Part shown: positions 1-7,906 of the stretch, in pieces
Position numbering within the stretch: the stretch's first letter is position 1
Layout: the number at the start of each line of letters is the position of its first letter
NCBI GenBank assembly: GCA_964577375.1
Contig: CAZNYW010000017.1
Coordinates: forward strand, 887-64,886
Reading direction: 5' to 3'
Length of the DNA: 64,000 nucleotides
Source: an uncultured Spirochaetales bacterium
Lineage (GTDB): Bacteria > Spirochaetota > Spirochaetia > DSM-27196 > DATKUC01
Notes under the pieces: model-generated
The model's input: the letters and a program-made list of their open reading frames with translations, nothing else
Told to the model about the DNA's origin: nothing
Database searches by the model: none
Position numbers and translations under genes: made by a program

Positions 1-1259
1 ACGCCGACATTCTCGAGAGCCCGGTCGTCGTGGTCGAAGGGAGCTCACGCGTAACCGACATCCTCGAGGTATTGAGCGGGCGGGTCAAAAAGAACGAGCT
101 GATATCCAACACCATGTTCGACCTTCTGTTCTGCGAGGGCTGCATTGCCGGCCCGATGATGCCGAACGATCTCACCTTCTACGAACGCAAAAAGTACATC
201 ATCGATTACATGAAGAAGCGGCCACTCGTCGATGACATGGACGAGTGGGTGCGCCTGCACAACGAGTATCTTTCCATCGACCTCGGCAAGAAATTCTGTC
301 CGGCGATTCCTCAGGAAGTCGAGGTGCCGGAGTCGGAAATCAAGCGGATACTCGCGCTTACCGGGAAGCTGAAGCCGGAGGATGAGCTGAACTGCCGGGC
401 GTGCGGTTATTCCTCCTGCAGGGACAAGGCTGTAGCGGTCTACCGCGGCATCGCGGAAGTCGAGATGTGTCTGCCCTACCTGATTTCGAAGCTTGAGGTG
501 ACGATCACGGATCTGAAGGACAACCAGCTCAAGCTCATTCAAGCAGAGAAGCTCGCGTCGATGGGGCAGATGGCTGCAGGCATTGCGCACGAGATCAACA
601 ATCCGCTCGGCGTGGTACTGATGTACGCGCATCTCCTGAAGGATGCGGTCGACCTGCACGAGGAAAGCTCTTCCGACGTCTCGCGCATCATTCACGAAGC
701 GGAGCGGGCGCGGCAGATCGTTCGCGGGATCCTCAACTTCGCGCGCAAGGAGCAGCTCGTGCGCGAACCGACCAACATCAACGCCCTGCTGAGGCGGTCG
801 GCCGAATCCTTCGGTGCGCGGGCGGCGGAGATCGACTTCCGTTTCGAGCTCGACGACGATCTCGCGCAGCACGCGGTGGATCCCGATCAGCTTCGGCAGG
901 TGTTCGACAACATCATTTCGAACGCGGTCGAAGCAACCTCGGGCCGCGGACTCATCGAGATTCGAAGTGAAGAGAGCGTCGGCGGCTTTCACGTCGTGAT
1001 CGGCGATTCCGGTCCCGGTATCGCCGCCGATGTACTGCCGAAACTGTTCACTCCGTTTTACACCACGAAACCTCCCGGAAAGGGGACGGGCCTGGGGCTC
1101 GCGGTGTGTTATGGAATCGTGAAAATGCACGGAGGGACGATTCAGGCAGGCAACAGGCCGGAGGGAGGCGCGTCCTTCGACATCTTCATCAAGGATCCGG
1201 AAAAAGCGACACCGGATGACCGGCCGTCTTCCACGACGAAAACTGCGGTTTCGGGGTAA
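1..1259 (+). CDS. Sensor histidine kinase, 5' end outside the window; Cys-rich Fe-S / [FeFe]-hydrogenase-like sensory module fused to HisKA + HATPase_c
   Basis: The frame is open from nt 3, with no stop upstream of the listed GTG at 30, so the gene is cut by the window edge. FCEGC (nt 132-143) and CxxCx4Cx16C (nt 393-470, RnfB-type putative Fe-S motif) come first. They are followed by H-box AHEINNPL, N-box NIISNAVEA and G-boxes DSGPGI / GTGLGLAV. Confidence 0.8.
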   Translation, partial: ADILESPVVVVEGSSRVTDILEVLSGRVKKNELISNTMFDLLFCEGCIAGPMMPNDLTFYERKKYIIDYMKKRPLVDDMDEWVRLHNEYLSIDLGKKFCPAIPQEVEVPESEIKRILALTGKLKPEDELNCRACGYSSCRDKAVAVYRGIAEVEMCLPYLISKLEVTITDLKDNQLKLIQAEKLASMGQMAAGIAHEINNPLGVVLMYAHLLKDAVDLHEESSSDVSRIIHEAERARQIVRGILNFARKEQLVREPTNINALLRRSAESFGARAAEIDFRFELDDDLAQHAVDPDQLRQVFDNIISNAVEATSGRGLIEIRSEESVGGFHVVIGDSGPGIAADVLPKLFTPFYTTKPPGKGTGLGLAVCYGIVKMHGGTIQAGNRPEGGASFDIFIKDPEKATPDDRPSSTTKTAVSG

Positions 1260-1289
1260 CGCTTCCATGTCGGGATAGTGCGGGTGACG

Positions 1290-2768
1290 ATGCAGAGCGA
1301 TCCGGTGAAACCCGATTCAGAAACAATGTCAGTCCTCGTGGTTGACGACGAAGATGGCATGCGCGAAGGAATGCGCAGAATCCTCGGACGAGTCGGCTAC
1401 CACGTCGCCGTTGCCGACGGCGGGGTCGAGGCGATCCGGATGATCGATTCCGGACAGTACGACCTTGCTCTCATCGATCTGCGGATGCCGGAGATCGACG
1501 GATTTGCAGTCACCGACTACATTGCTCGTCGGCCCGGCAACAAAACAATCGTGGTCATTGTATCCGCTCTTGCGACGGTCGAGGCCGCCGTCGAAACGAC
1601 GAGGAAAGGGGCCTTCGATTTCCTGGTGAAACCGTTTGCACCGGCGGATCTGCTTTCGGTTGTCGAACGGGCAGGGCGTCAGTGTCGCCTTCTCCAGGAG
1701 CATGAAAAGTACCTGGTCGAGCTCGACGGGGAGAGAAGCCTGTCGCGCTCACTCATCAACTCCATGCGAGAGGGCGTGATCGTGTTCAACCTGCGTCAGG
1801 AGGTGGTTCTTCTCAACCCGCGGGCTGAGTTCTACCTCGGCACGCGATATCGGTCCGGCATGACCTCCGGCGACCTCGGTTTCGATCCAGGGTTTCCCGA
1901 CATGGTTCGCGGCGTCCTTTCCGGTGACTCCGGCGAAAAGCTGCTCGATCAGGAGATCGGGGAGCAGCGCGTTCGGACACGGATTACTCCCTACGTCCGC
2001 GGCCAGGAGGTCGGCGGCGCCATTGTTCTTCTTCACGATTTTACCGAGGAATGGCGCGCCGAGCAGGACAAGAACCGGTTTGTATCGATGGTGGCCCACG
2101 AGCTGCGCGGTCCGCTTGCGGCGATTCTGAACTACCTCAACCTGATCCTCGATCACTCGGTCGACGACGAACCGGAACGGGTTCGCGAGCTTCTCGAGCG
2201 CAGCAGGAAGCGCGGAGAGGCGCTTCTCGAGCTCGTCGGCGACCTTCTGTTTCTGAACAAACGCAATGCAGGCAAAGCAGAAAAGTCACTCGAAATACTC
2301 GATCTTTCGGAAGTGCTCACGGATGAGGTTGCGTTTGTCGAAGGCCACGCCCAGCGGGCAAACGTTACTGTACGATACGCGGCTCAGGAGGAAAGCTTTC
2401 CGTTCCTCGCAGACCGCGGCGATCTGGATCGCATATTCCTCAACCTGATGTTCAACGGCATAAAGTACAACCGGCCGGGCGGTTCGCTTTCGATAACGAT
2501 CCGGCGGACCGACGACGGACACTGGTTCGAAGTATCGTTCCGTGACACGGGAATCGGAATGACCGACGAAGAGATGAAAAATCTCTTCCAGGATTTCTTT
2601 CGCGTGCTCAACAGCAAGACAAAATCGATACCCGGAACCGGCCTCGGGCTGTCGACCGCAAAGAGAGTACTCTCCGAATACAACGGGCGGATCACCGTCG
2701 AGTCAAAACCCGATGAGGGCTCGACCTTCACGGTGCTGCTGCCGACGAGGGATTCTCTCAATGGCTGA
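1290..2768 (+). CDS. Hybrid sensor: response-regulator receiver + PAS + HisKA/HATPase_c histidine kinase
   Basis: Receiver signature VLVVDDEDG...LALIDLRMPEIDGF...LVKPF. PAS-like SLINSMREGVIVFN. H-box VAHELRGPL. N/G boxes NLMFNGIKYN, DTGIGM, GTGLGLS. Start is uncertain (GTG 1278, ATG 1290 or ATG 1326). Confidence 0.85.
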   Translation: MQSDPVKPDSETMSVLVVDDEDGMREGMRRILGRVGYHVAVADGGVEAIRMIDSGQYDLALIDLRMPEIDGFAVTDYIARRPGNKTIVVIVSALATVEAAVETTRKGAFDFLVKPFAPADLLSVVERAGRQCRLLQEHEKYLVELDGERSLSRSLINSMREGVIVFNLRQEVVLLNPRAEFYLGTRYRSGMTSGDLGFDPGFPDMVRGVLSGDSGEKLLDQEIGEQRVRTRITPYVRGQEVGGAIVLLHDFTEEWRAEQDKNRFVSMVAHELRGPLAAILNYLNLILDHSVDDEPERVRELLERSRKRGEALLELVGDLLFLNKRNAGKAEKSLEILDLSEVLTDEVAFVEGHAQRANVTVRYAAQEESFPFLADRGDLDRIFLNLMFNGIKYNRPGGSLSITIRRTDDGHWFEVSFRDTGIGMTDEEMKNLFQDFFRVLNSKTKSIPGTGLGLSTAKRVLSEYNGRITVESKPDEGSTFTVLLPTRDSLNG

Positions 2769-5175
2769 TCGGGGAGAGAATCCGGGTTCGCCGCAGAGCG
2801 AGTTCATGCGGCTTCTTTCTCACCAGATGAAGGCTCCTGTGCACGCGGTCCAGGCGCTGCTCCAGTCCATCTTCGACGCTCACAGTCAGGAGGTCCCTGC
2901 GTCGGTGAAGGATGCTCTCGAGCGCGCAATCTCCCGTGCCGGGGAAGCGGGTCGTATCGTCGACGACCTGCTCGAGTATCAGTCCTACGAGAGCGGCAGG
3001 AAGAAGGATCACCGGGATTTTGATGTCGTCGGTCTGGTGTCCGACCTTGGTCTCCGGTTTTCTCTCGGCGCGGCAGCGAAGGAGGTTAGCATCGATGTCG
3101 CGCTTCCCGAGAACCTGGCGGTCTTCGTTACCGGCGTGAGAACGGGAGTCGAGCACGCAATTCGGAACCTCATCGACAATGCCGTCAAGTATTCACCGCC
3201 TCTCGGCCGGGTGGAGATCGCGGTCGTGCTCGACGAATCGGAAAAGCGTGTACGAATCTCAGTGAGCGATGCCGGCGCCGGAATCCCGAAGACGGAGATC
3301 GAGCAGCTGTTCACGCCGTTCTTCCGCTCGAAGTCGCACGTGGCGAACACAGGCGGGACAGGCCTCGGCCTTGCGCTGACGGCGAGAATTGTCGAGGCGC
3401 ACAACGGAACGGTCCAGGTATCGTCGGAGGAGGGGAAGGGGACTACCTTCACGGTCACGCTTCCGGCTGAAAGGATAGAGCGGCTGCCTGACCGCCGTGT
3501 GCGTCGACGCAGAGTGGTCATCGTCGGCGGGGTGACATCCGGACCGAAGGCCGCGTCGAGGCTTCGTCGCCTTTCCGAAGATCTCGATATCACGATCGTG
3601 GAGCGCAACGAATTCCTTTCCTATTCGGGCTGCCAGCTTCCCTTCTTCATCCGCGATTCGATCGCGCACGATAGACTCCCTTCTCAGGCCGAGCGTCCTG
3701 CAGTCTCCTCTCACGGGACTCGTACCGCGCACTTCTTTGATGCCATGAAGAACATCACAGTGCTGAATCTAACCTCTGCCGATGAGATCGACCGTAAATC
3801 GAAAAGCCTTCGTGTGAAGCGGAGGAAGGATGGGTCGATTTTCCACGTTCCGTATGACGTTCTGATTCTCGCGACGGGCTCGGTTCCGGTCGTGCCGTCG
3901 GTTCCCGGCGGCGCGGAGGACCTCGTGTTCCCGCTGCACAGCCTCGAGGATGCGAAACGCATCACCGAGCGGCTCGGACGTGAGAACGCGCAGGACGTTA
4001 TCATCGTTGGCGGCGGACTCATCGGCGTGTCGGTCATAGAGGCTTTGGTGGCAACAGGGGCGCGGGTCACGCTGGTCGAGCGTGAATTGAACATCCTCAG
4101 CACATATTTCGATCCCGATTTTGCCGGAAAGATCGAGAACGAGCTCACGCGAAAGGGCGTGAAGGTCGCCACCGGTACTGCGATCACGTCGGTGTCACCG
4201 GTTGAAGGCGGTGTCGTCGCCCATTCGCCGGACCGTACATTCAGAGGTGATTTCGTCATCCTCAGCAGCGGCATGCGTCCGAACACTGATCTCGCCCGCG
4301 CAGCCGGGCTTGCTCTCGGGGAGACCGGGGGAATACAGGTCGACGAAGAGTTGCGCACGAGCGATCCGGACATCTTTGCGGTGGGAGACTGCGCGGAAAC
4401 GCGTCACCTGCTTACGGGACGCCACGAGTACTGGCCGCTCGGTGCCATTTCGATGAAGATGGGGCACATAGCAGCCGATGTCGTGGCCGGCAAGCGCGCC
4501 GTCTACCCCGGGTCGCTCGGCTCGGTTCTTCTCGGCTGCGTAGACCAGCAGTTCGGTCGAACCGGAGTCACCTCCGCGAGTGCGAGGTCGGCCGGGTTCG
4601 ACCCTGTCTCTTTCGTCCTCGCGGGGCCGGAGAGGCCGGGCTACGCTGCAGCGTCGACCGACATCTTCCTCAAAGTCATTGCCGATCGCCCGACACGGCG
4701 CATCATCGGCGTACAGGCTTTCGGCACCGGCGACGTCGGATCGAAGGTCTCCCTCTTTGCCACGGCAATTGCGAACGGGGTGACCACCGAGGGGATGTTT
4801 GTGCTCGATCTCGGTCACGCGCCGGAGTTCAACCATCCCATCGACATCGTCCAGGCCGCCTGCATGATGCTGAACAACAAGATGGACGGCCTCATCGAGA
4901 CGATTTCGGTTTCCGAGTTCGAGCGCGGCCGCGGCGGCCTTACCGCGGCGGCCATCGTCACGCCCGACCTGTCGTTACGGTATCTCATACCGGGGAGCGT
5001 CGAGATCACGCCGGAAAATCTGCGAAGGGAACACCTCCCCTTCGGGGAGCAGGAGCAGGTAATGCTCTACAGCCGGACATCAATGGAAGCCTACCAGGCG
5101 TATCGGTACCTCGTGCAGCGCGGGTATTCCGGCGTTCGCGTTCTCGAGGGTGGTTCTCTCTTCTGGTCGGAATAG
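2761..5175 (+). CDS. Histidine kinase fused to a CoA-disulfide-reductase/NADH-oxidase-type FAD oxidoreductase and a C-terminal rhodanese-like domain
   Basis: H-box LLSHQMKAP and G-boxes DAGAGI / GTGLGLAL. Then GxGxxG VVIVGGVTSGPKAA, redox Cys motif SYSGCQLPF (Cys at nt 3631-3633), a second dinucleotide fold IIVGGGLIGVS and AVGDCA. The C-terminal rhodanese-like fold is ...VMLYSRTSMEAY...VLEGG. ATG 2761 overlaps the upstream stop (2768). Confidence 0.8.
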   Translation: MADRGENPGSPQSEFMRLLSHQMKAPVHAVQALLQSIFDAHSQEVPASVKDALERAISRAGEAGRIVDDLLEYQSYESGRKKDHRDFDVVGLVSDLGLRFSLGAAAKEVSIDVALPENLAVFVTGVRTGVEHAIRNLIDNAVKYSPPLGRVEIAVVLDESEKRVRISVSDAGAGIPKTEIEQLFTPFFRSKSHVANTGGTGLGLALTARIVEAHNGTVQVSSEEGKGTTFTVTLPAERIERLPDRRVRRRRVVIVGGVTSGPKAASRLRRLSEDLDITIVERNEFLSYSGCQLPFFIRDSIAHDRLPSQAERPAVSSHGTRTAHFFDAMKNITVLNLTSADEIDRKSKSLRVKRRKDGSIFHVPYDVLILATGSVPVVPSVPGGAEDLVFPLHSLEDAKRITERLGRENAQDVIIVGGGLIGVSVIEALVATGARVTLVERELNILSTYFDPDFAGKIENELTRKGVKVATGTAITSVSPVEGGVVAHSPDRTFRGDFVILSSGMRPNTDLARAAGLALGETGGIQVDEELRTSDPDIFAVGDCAETRHLLTGRHEYWPLGAISMKMGHIAADVVAGKRAVYPGSLGSVLLGCVDQQFGRTGVTSASARSAGFDPVSFVLAGPERPGYAAASTDIFLKVIADRPTRRIIGVQAFGTGDVGSKVSLFATAIANGVTTEGMFVLDLGHAPEFNHPIDIVQAACMMLNNKMDGLIETISVSEFERGRGGLTAAAIVTPDLSLRYLIPGSVEITPENLRREHLPFGEQEQVMLYSRTSMEAYQAYRYLVQRGYSGVRVLEGGSLFWSE

Positions 5176-5240
5176 CGCCAGGTGGCAGTGCCGTGCTGGT
5201 GTCGCGTCAGATCATTAACTGTTCTCTATTGCATTAGTGC

Positions 5241-5269
5241 TTGCAAGTCCGCGAATCTTGGTGTACGAT
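5241..5269 (+). promoter_or_regulatory. Candidate sigma70-type promoter for the hox operon (TTGCAA-N17-TACGAT)
   Basis: Lies in the only AT-rich patch of the 185-nt gap between the kinase gene and hoxF. Hexamers read directly from the sequence. Confidence 0.4.
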
Positions 5270-5307
5270 AATAATATACGGATAAAATTTTCCGCATATG
5301 TCTCACC

Positions 5308-5332
5308 CCATCCGGCAGCAACAGCCGGATGG
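5308..5332 (+). promoter_or_regulatory. Perfect 9-bp inverted repeat CCATCCGGC-N7-GCCGGATGG in the hoxF leader
   Basis: Arms 5308-5316 and 5324-5332 are exact reverse complements. The repeat sits between the candidate promoter and the GGAGG Shine-Dalgarno (5349-5353). Function unknown (operator or RNA hairpin). Confidence 0.5.
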
Positions 5333-5360
5333 AGCAAACCAGTGCCACGGAGGTTGAGAC

Positions 5361-7172
5361 ATGGGGAGTCCCATCCAGCGGAGTGCGGAAACAGTCTGCG
5401 CTCAGCGCCACAACGACCGAACCCGCCTTATGGACATCGTCAGAGCTCTCCACGCCGAACACGGCTTCATGGACGACGACGCTATCGAGACCGTCGCCGC
5501 CCGGCTGGGCGTTCATCGCGTGGAAGTCGAGAGCATGCTGACGTTCTACTCGTTCTTCTCGCGGAAAAAACGGGGAAAACTTGTCATTCGGCTCTGCAAC
5601 GACGTCATCGACCGGATGAACGGGGCCGACCTGGTTGCCGATGCATTCCGGGAGCAGCTGGGCATCGATTTCGGGGAGACCACCCCCGACGGCAGAATCA
5701 CGCTCGAGCACACGCCGTGCATCGGGATGAGCGATCAGGCTCCTGCCGCTCTGGTGAACGACGAGGTGGTGACCTATCTTTCGACCGACCGCGTCAAGGA
5801 GATCGTAGCGATTCTCCGGCACACGGATGATGCGCACAAACTGGTCCATCGGCTCGGCGACGGGCAGAATGCGCACGATCTCATTCGCTCCATGGTGCAC
5901 AACAACGTTCGTCGCAGAGGTGAGGTCATATTCGGCTCGCACGAGGCAAACAACACCGGCCTCGCGAAGGCACTCGTGATGAGCCCGGTGGAAGTCATAA
6001 ACGAAATCAAGACCGCCCGCCTGCGGGGTCGCGGTGGGGCCGGCTTCCCGACGGGCCTCAAGTGGGAGTTCACACGCGGCGCCGAAGGCGAAAAGAAATA
6101 CGTCATCTGCAACAGCGACGAGGGCGAGCCGGGTACGTTCAAGGATCGAGTGCTTCTTACCGAGTTTCCCGATCGGATACTCGAAGGGATGACGATCGCC
6201 GGCTACGCGATAGGGGCGCAGATGGGACTGCTCTACCTTCGCGGTGAGTATGCATACCTGTATCGATACCTGGCAACGGTGCTCGAGGAGAGGCGGTCCA
6301 ACGGCCTCCTCGGCACGAACATCATGGGAAAGGATTTCTCCTTTGACGTTCGAATCGAGCTGGGGGCGGGAGCCTACATATGTGGCGAGGAGACCGCGCT
6401 GATAAGCTCGCTCGAAGGCACTGCCGGCCTGCCCAAGACGAAACCGCCGTTCCCGGCGCAGGAGGGATTTCTCAGCCGACCGACCGCCGTAAACAATGTT
6501 GAGACACTCTGCGTCGTTCCCGACATTCTCGACCGCGGCGCCGCCTGGTTCGCCGGGATCGGATCGAAGAACAGCTCCGGAACGAAGCTCCTGAGCGTAG
6601 CGGGAGATTGCGCGCGGCCCGGTATCTACGAGTATCCCTTCGGTGTGACCGTCGCCCAGATCCTCAAGGATACCGGGGCCGAGGATACCTACGCGGTACA
6701 GGTCGGCGGCGCATCGGGCCAGATGATCAACGAGACGGACTTCCGGCGCTCGATCTCTTACGAGGATCTTGCAACCGGCGGTTCCGTCATGATCTTCGAT
6801 CGTACCCGTGACATCCTCGACGCGGTGAAGAGCTTCATGGAGTTCTTCGTCGACGAGAACTGCGGATACTGCACGCCGTGCAGGGCGGGAAACCGCCTGA
6901 TGCTCGCCATCCTCGACCGCATCATCAAGGGCAATGGCGCGCCGGAAGACCTTGACACGTTGAAACGCATCGGCAACTCGGTGAAGATTGCCAGTCGCTG
7001 CGGGCTCGGGCAGACCTCGCCCAATCCCATCCTCAGTTCGATCGAAAAATTCGCTCCGGCTTACGAGAAGCTGATGAAGAAGAGCGGGGCGCTGCGGGCC
7101 TCTTTCGACATCGAGAGCGCACTGGCAGAGTCGTCGAAGATATCAGGGCGCCGTTCGACGGTCCTGTCCTGA
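5361..7172 (+). CDS. hoxF: NAD-reducing [NiFe] hydrogenase diaphorase subunit HoxF (NuoE-like domain + NuoF-like FMN/NADH/[4Fe-4S] module)
   Basis: GRGGAGFPTGLKW (FMN/NADH site), SRCGLGQT and CGYCTPCR cluster motifs. N-terminal thioredoxin-like NuoE-type region. GGAGG lies 7 nt upstream of the ATG. Confidence 0.9.
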   Translation: MGSPIQRSAETVCAQRHNDRTRLMDIVRALHAEHGFMDDDAIETVAARLGVHRVEVESMLTFYSFFSRKKRGKLVIRLCNDVIDRMNGADLVADAFREQLGIDFGETTPDGRITLEHTPCIGMSDQAPAALVNDEVVTYLSTDRVKEIVAILRHTDDAHKLVHRLGDGQNAHDLIRSMVHNNVRRRGEVIFGSHEANNTGLAKALVMSPVEVINEIKTARLRGRGGAGFPTGLKWEFTRGAEGEKKYVICNSDEGEPGTFKDRVLLTEFPDRILEGMTIAGYAIGAQMGLLYLRGEYAYLYRYLATVLEERRSNGLLGTNIMGKDFSFDVRIELGAGAYICGEETALISSLEGTAGLPKTKPPFPAQEGFLSRPTAVNNVETLCVVPDILDRGAAWFAGIGSKNSSGTKLLSVAGDCARPGIYEYPFGVTVAQILKDTGAEDTYAVQVGGASGQMINETDFRRSISYEDLATGGSVMIFDRTRDILDAVKSFMEFFVDENCGYCTPCRAGNRLMLAILDRIIKGNGAPEDLDTLKRIGNSVKIASRCGLGQTSPNPILSSIEKFAPAYEKLMKKSGALRASFDIESALAESSKISGRRSTVLS

Positions 7173-7192
7173 ACGAATAGAGGGAGACACGT

Positions 7193-7906
7193 ATGGCGGA
7201 CACCTTTACGTTCAATATTGACGGCACGGAAGTCACGGGCGCTCCGGGTCAGACCATAATGGAAGCGGCGGACGAGGCGGGCGTCTACATTCCGCGCCTC
7301 TGCACGATGAAGGGACTCAAGACCCTCGGAAGCTGCCGGGTTTGTACGGTCCTTGTCGACGGCCGGCCACAGGCCGCCTGCACGCAGCCGGCTGCTGCGG
7401 GAATCAACGTCGACAACGATACCGAGAAGCTCAACGCAATTCGACGCGACATCATCGAGTTGCTCTTCGTGGAGGGCAATCACTTCTGCATGTTCTGCGA
7501 GAAAAGCGGCAACTGCGAGCTGCAGGCGGCCGCGTATCGGCTCGGGATAGCGGCGCCCGAACTGCCCTATCTCTATCCCAAACGAGAAATCGACGCGACT
7601 CACCCGGAGGTTCTGATAGAACGGAACCGGTGCATTCTGTGCGGCCGGTGCGTCACCTCCTCCGAATACGCCGACGGTAAACATGTGTTCGATTTTGTCG
7701 GCAGAGGTTCCGATCGCAGGATTGCGGTCGATTCCCGGGGCGACCTCTCTGACACCAGTCTGAAGTCGACCGACAGGGCGGTGGAGGTGTGTCCCGTCGG
7801 CGCAATTCTCAAGAAGGGAACGGCGTACGCGACGCCGATCGGACGGCGGACATACGATGCGCAGCCGATCGGGGCCGACATCGAGGAGCGAGGAGGACGA
7901 ACATGA
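7193..7906 (+). CDS. hoxU: NAD-reducing hydrogenase diaphorase Fe-S subunit HoxU (NuoG N-terminal-like)
   Basis: 2Fe-2S ferredoxin motif CTMKGLKTLGSCRVC...C, His/Cys cluster HFCMFCEKSGNCELQ and 4Fe-4S motif CILCGRCV. The stop overlaps the hoxY ATG (ATGA at 7903-7906). Confidence 0.9.
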   Translation: MADTFTFNIDGTEVTGAPGQTIMEAADEAGVYIPRLCTMKGLKTLGSCRVCTVLVDGRPQAACTQPAAAGINVDNDTEKLNAIRRDIIELLFVEGNHFCMFCEKSGNCELQAAAYRLGIAAPELPYLYPKREIDATHPEVLIERNRCILCGRCVTSSEYADGKHVFDFVGRGSDRRIAVDSRGDLSDTSLKSTDRAVEVCPVGAILKKGTAYATPIGRRTYDAQPIGADIEERGGRT

